Origin: Eledone cirrhosa
Lineage: Eukaryota
NCBI GenBank assembly: GCA_964016885.1
Contig: OZ024741.1
Span: 388,492,001 to 388,556,000 of the forward strand
Reading direction: 5' to 3'
Length of the DNA stretch: 64,000 nt
Of the stretch, positions 63,888-64,000 are shown piece after piece (within the stretch, counting starts at the first letter, position 1; the number at the start of each line of letters is the position of its first letter). The position numbers and the translations under genes were made by a program. The notes under the pieces are model-generated. The model saw nothing but the letters and a program-made list of their open reading frames with translations, was not told the DNA's origin and made no database searches.

Positions 63888-64000
63888 CATCATCATCATT
63901 TTACGTCCGCTTTTCCCTGCTTGCAAGGGTGTGACGGGAACTGATTCTGGCTTGATTTCTACAGCTGGATGCCCTTCCTAACACCAACCTCATTTCCAGT
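63888..64000 (-). mobile_element. 3' end of the CORE-like/RTE-tailed SINE (runs off the window)
   Basis: (CAT)n TTTACGTCCGCTTTTCCCTGCTTGCAAGG matches the reverse complement of 48240-48346. Confidence 0.88.

Overview
AT-rich eukaryotic, repeat-dense window with no host gene I can support. The SINE motifs and (TA)n/(CA)n/(TATC)n load resemble a cephalopod (Octopus-like) genome, which is an inference. It holds: (1) a decayed near-full-length Tx1/L1-clade LINE split by a young Gypsy LTR element (near-identical LTRs, tRNA-Trp PBS, GGGAAAC -1 frameshift site with pseudoknot, TG...TA ends); (2) two more Tx1 copies, a CRE-like fragment and two Dong/R4-like RLE fragments; (3) two Helitron derivatives, a mariner remnant and MITEs; (4) at least 8 copies or fragments of an RTE LINE carrying a C4HC3 PHD-like finger inside the RT region, many packed into (TA)n microsatellites, with a partner SINE; (5) Penelope-like (Hydra-type, C-terminal GIY-YIG) remnants. 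The signal the ORF track does not show is about ten type-I hammerhead-ribozyme motifs, several with oversized stem II inserts, variant cores or palindromic stem III. Some are tied to fold-back palindromes and a ~4 kb mirror structure at 58.2-62.4 kb. All family assignments come from motif recognition by eye; no searches were run.
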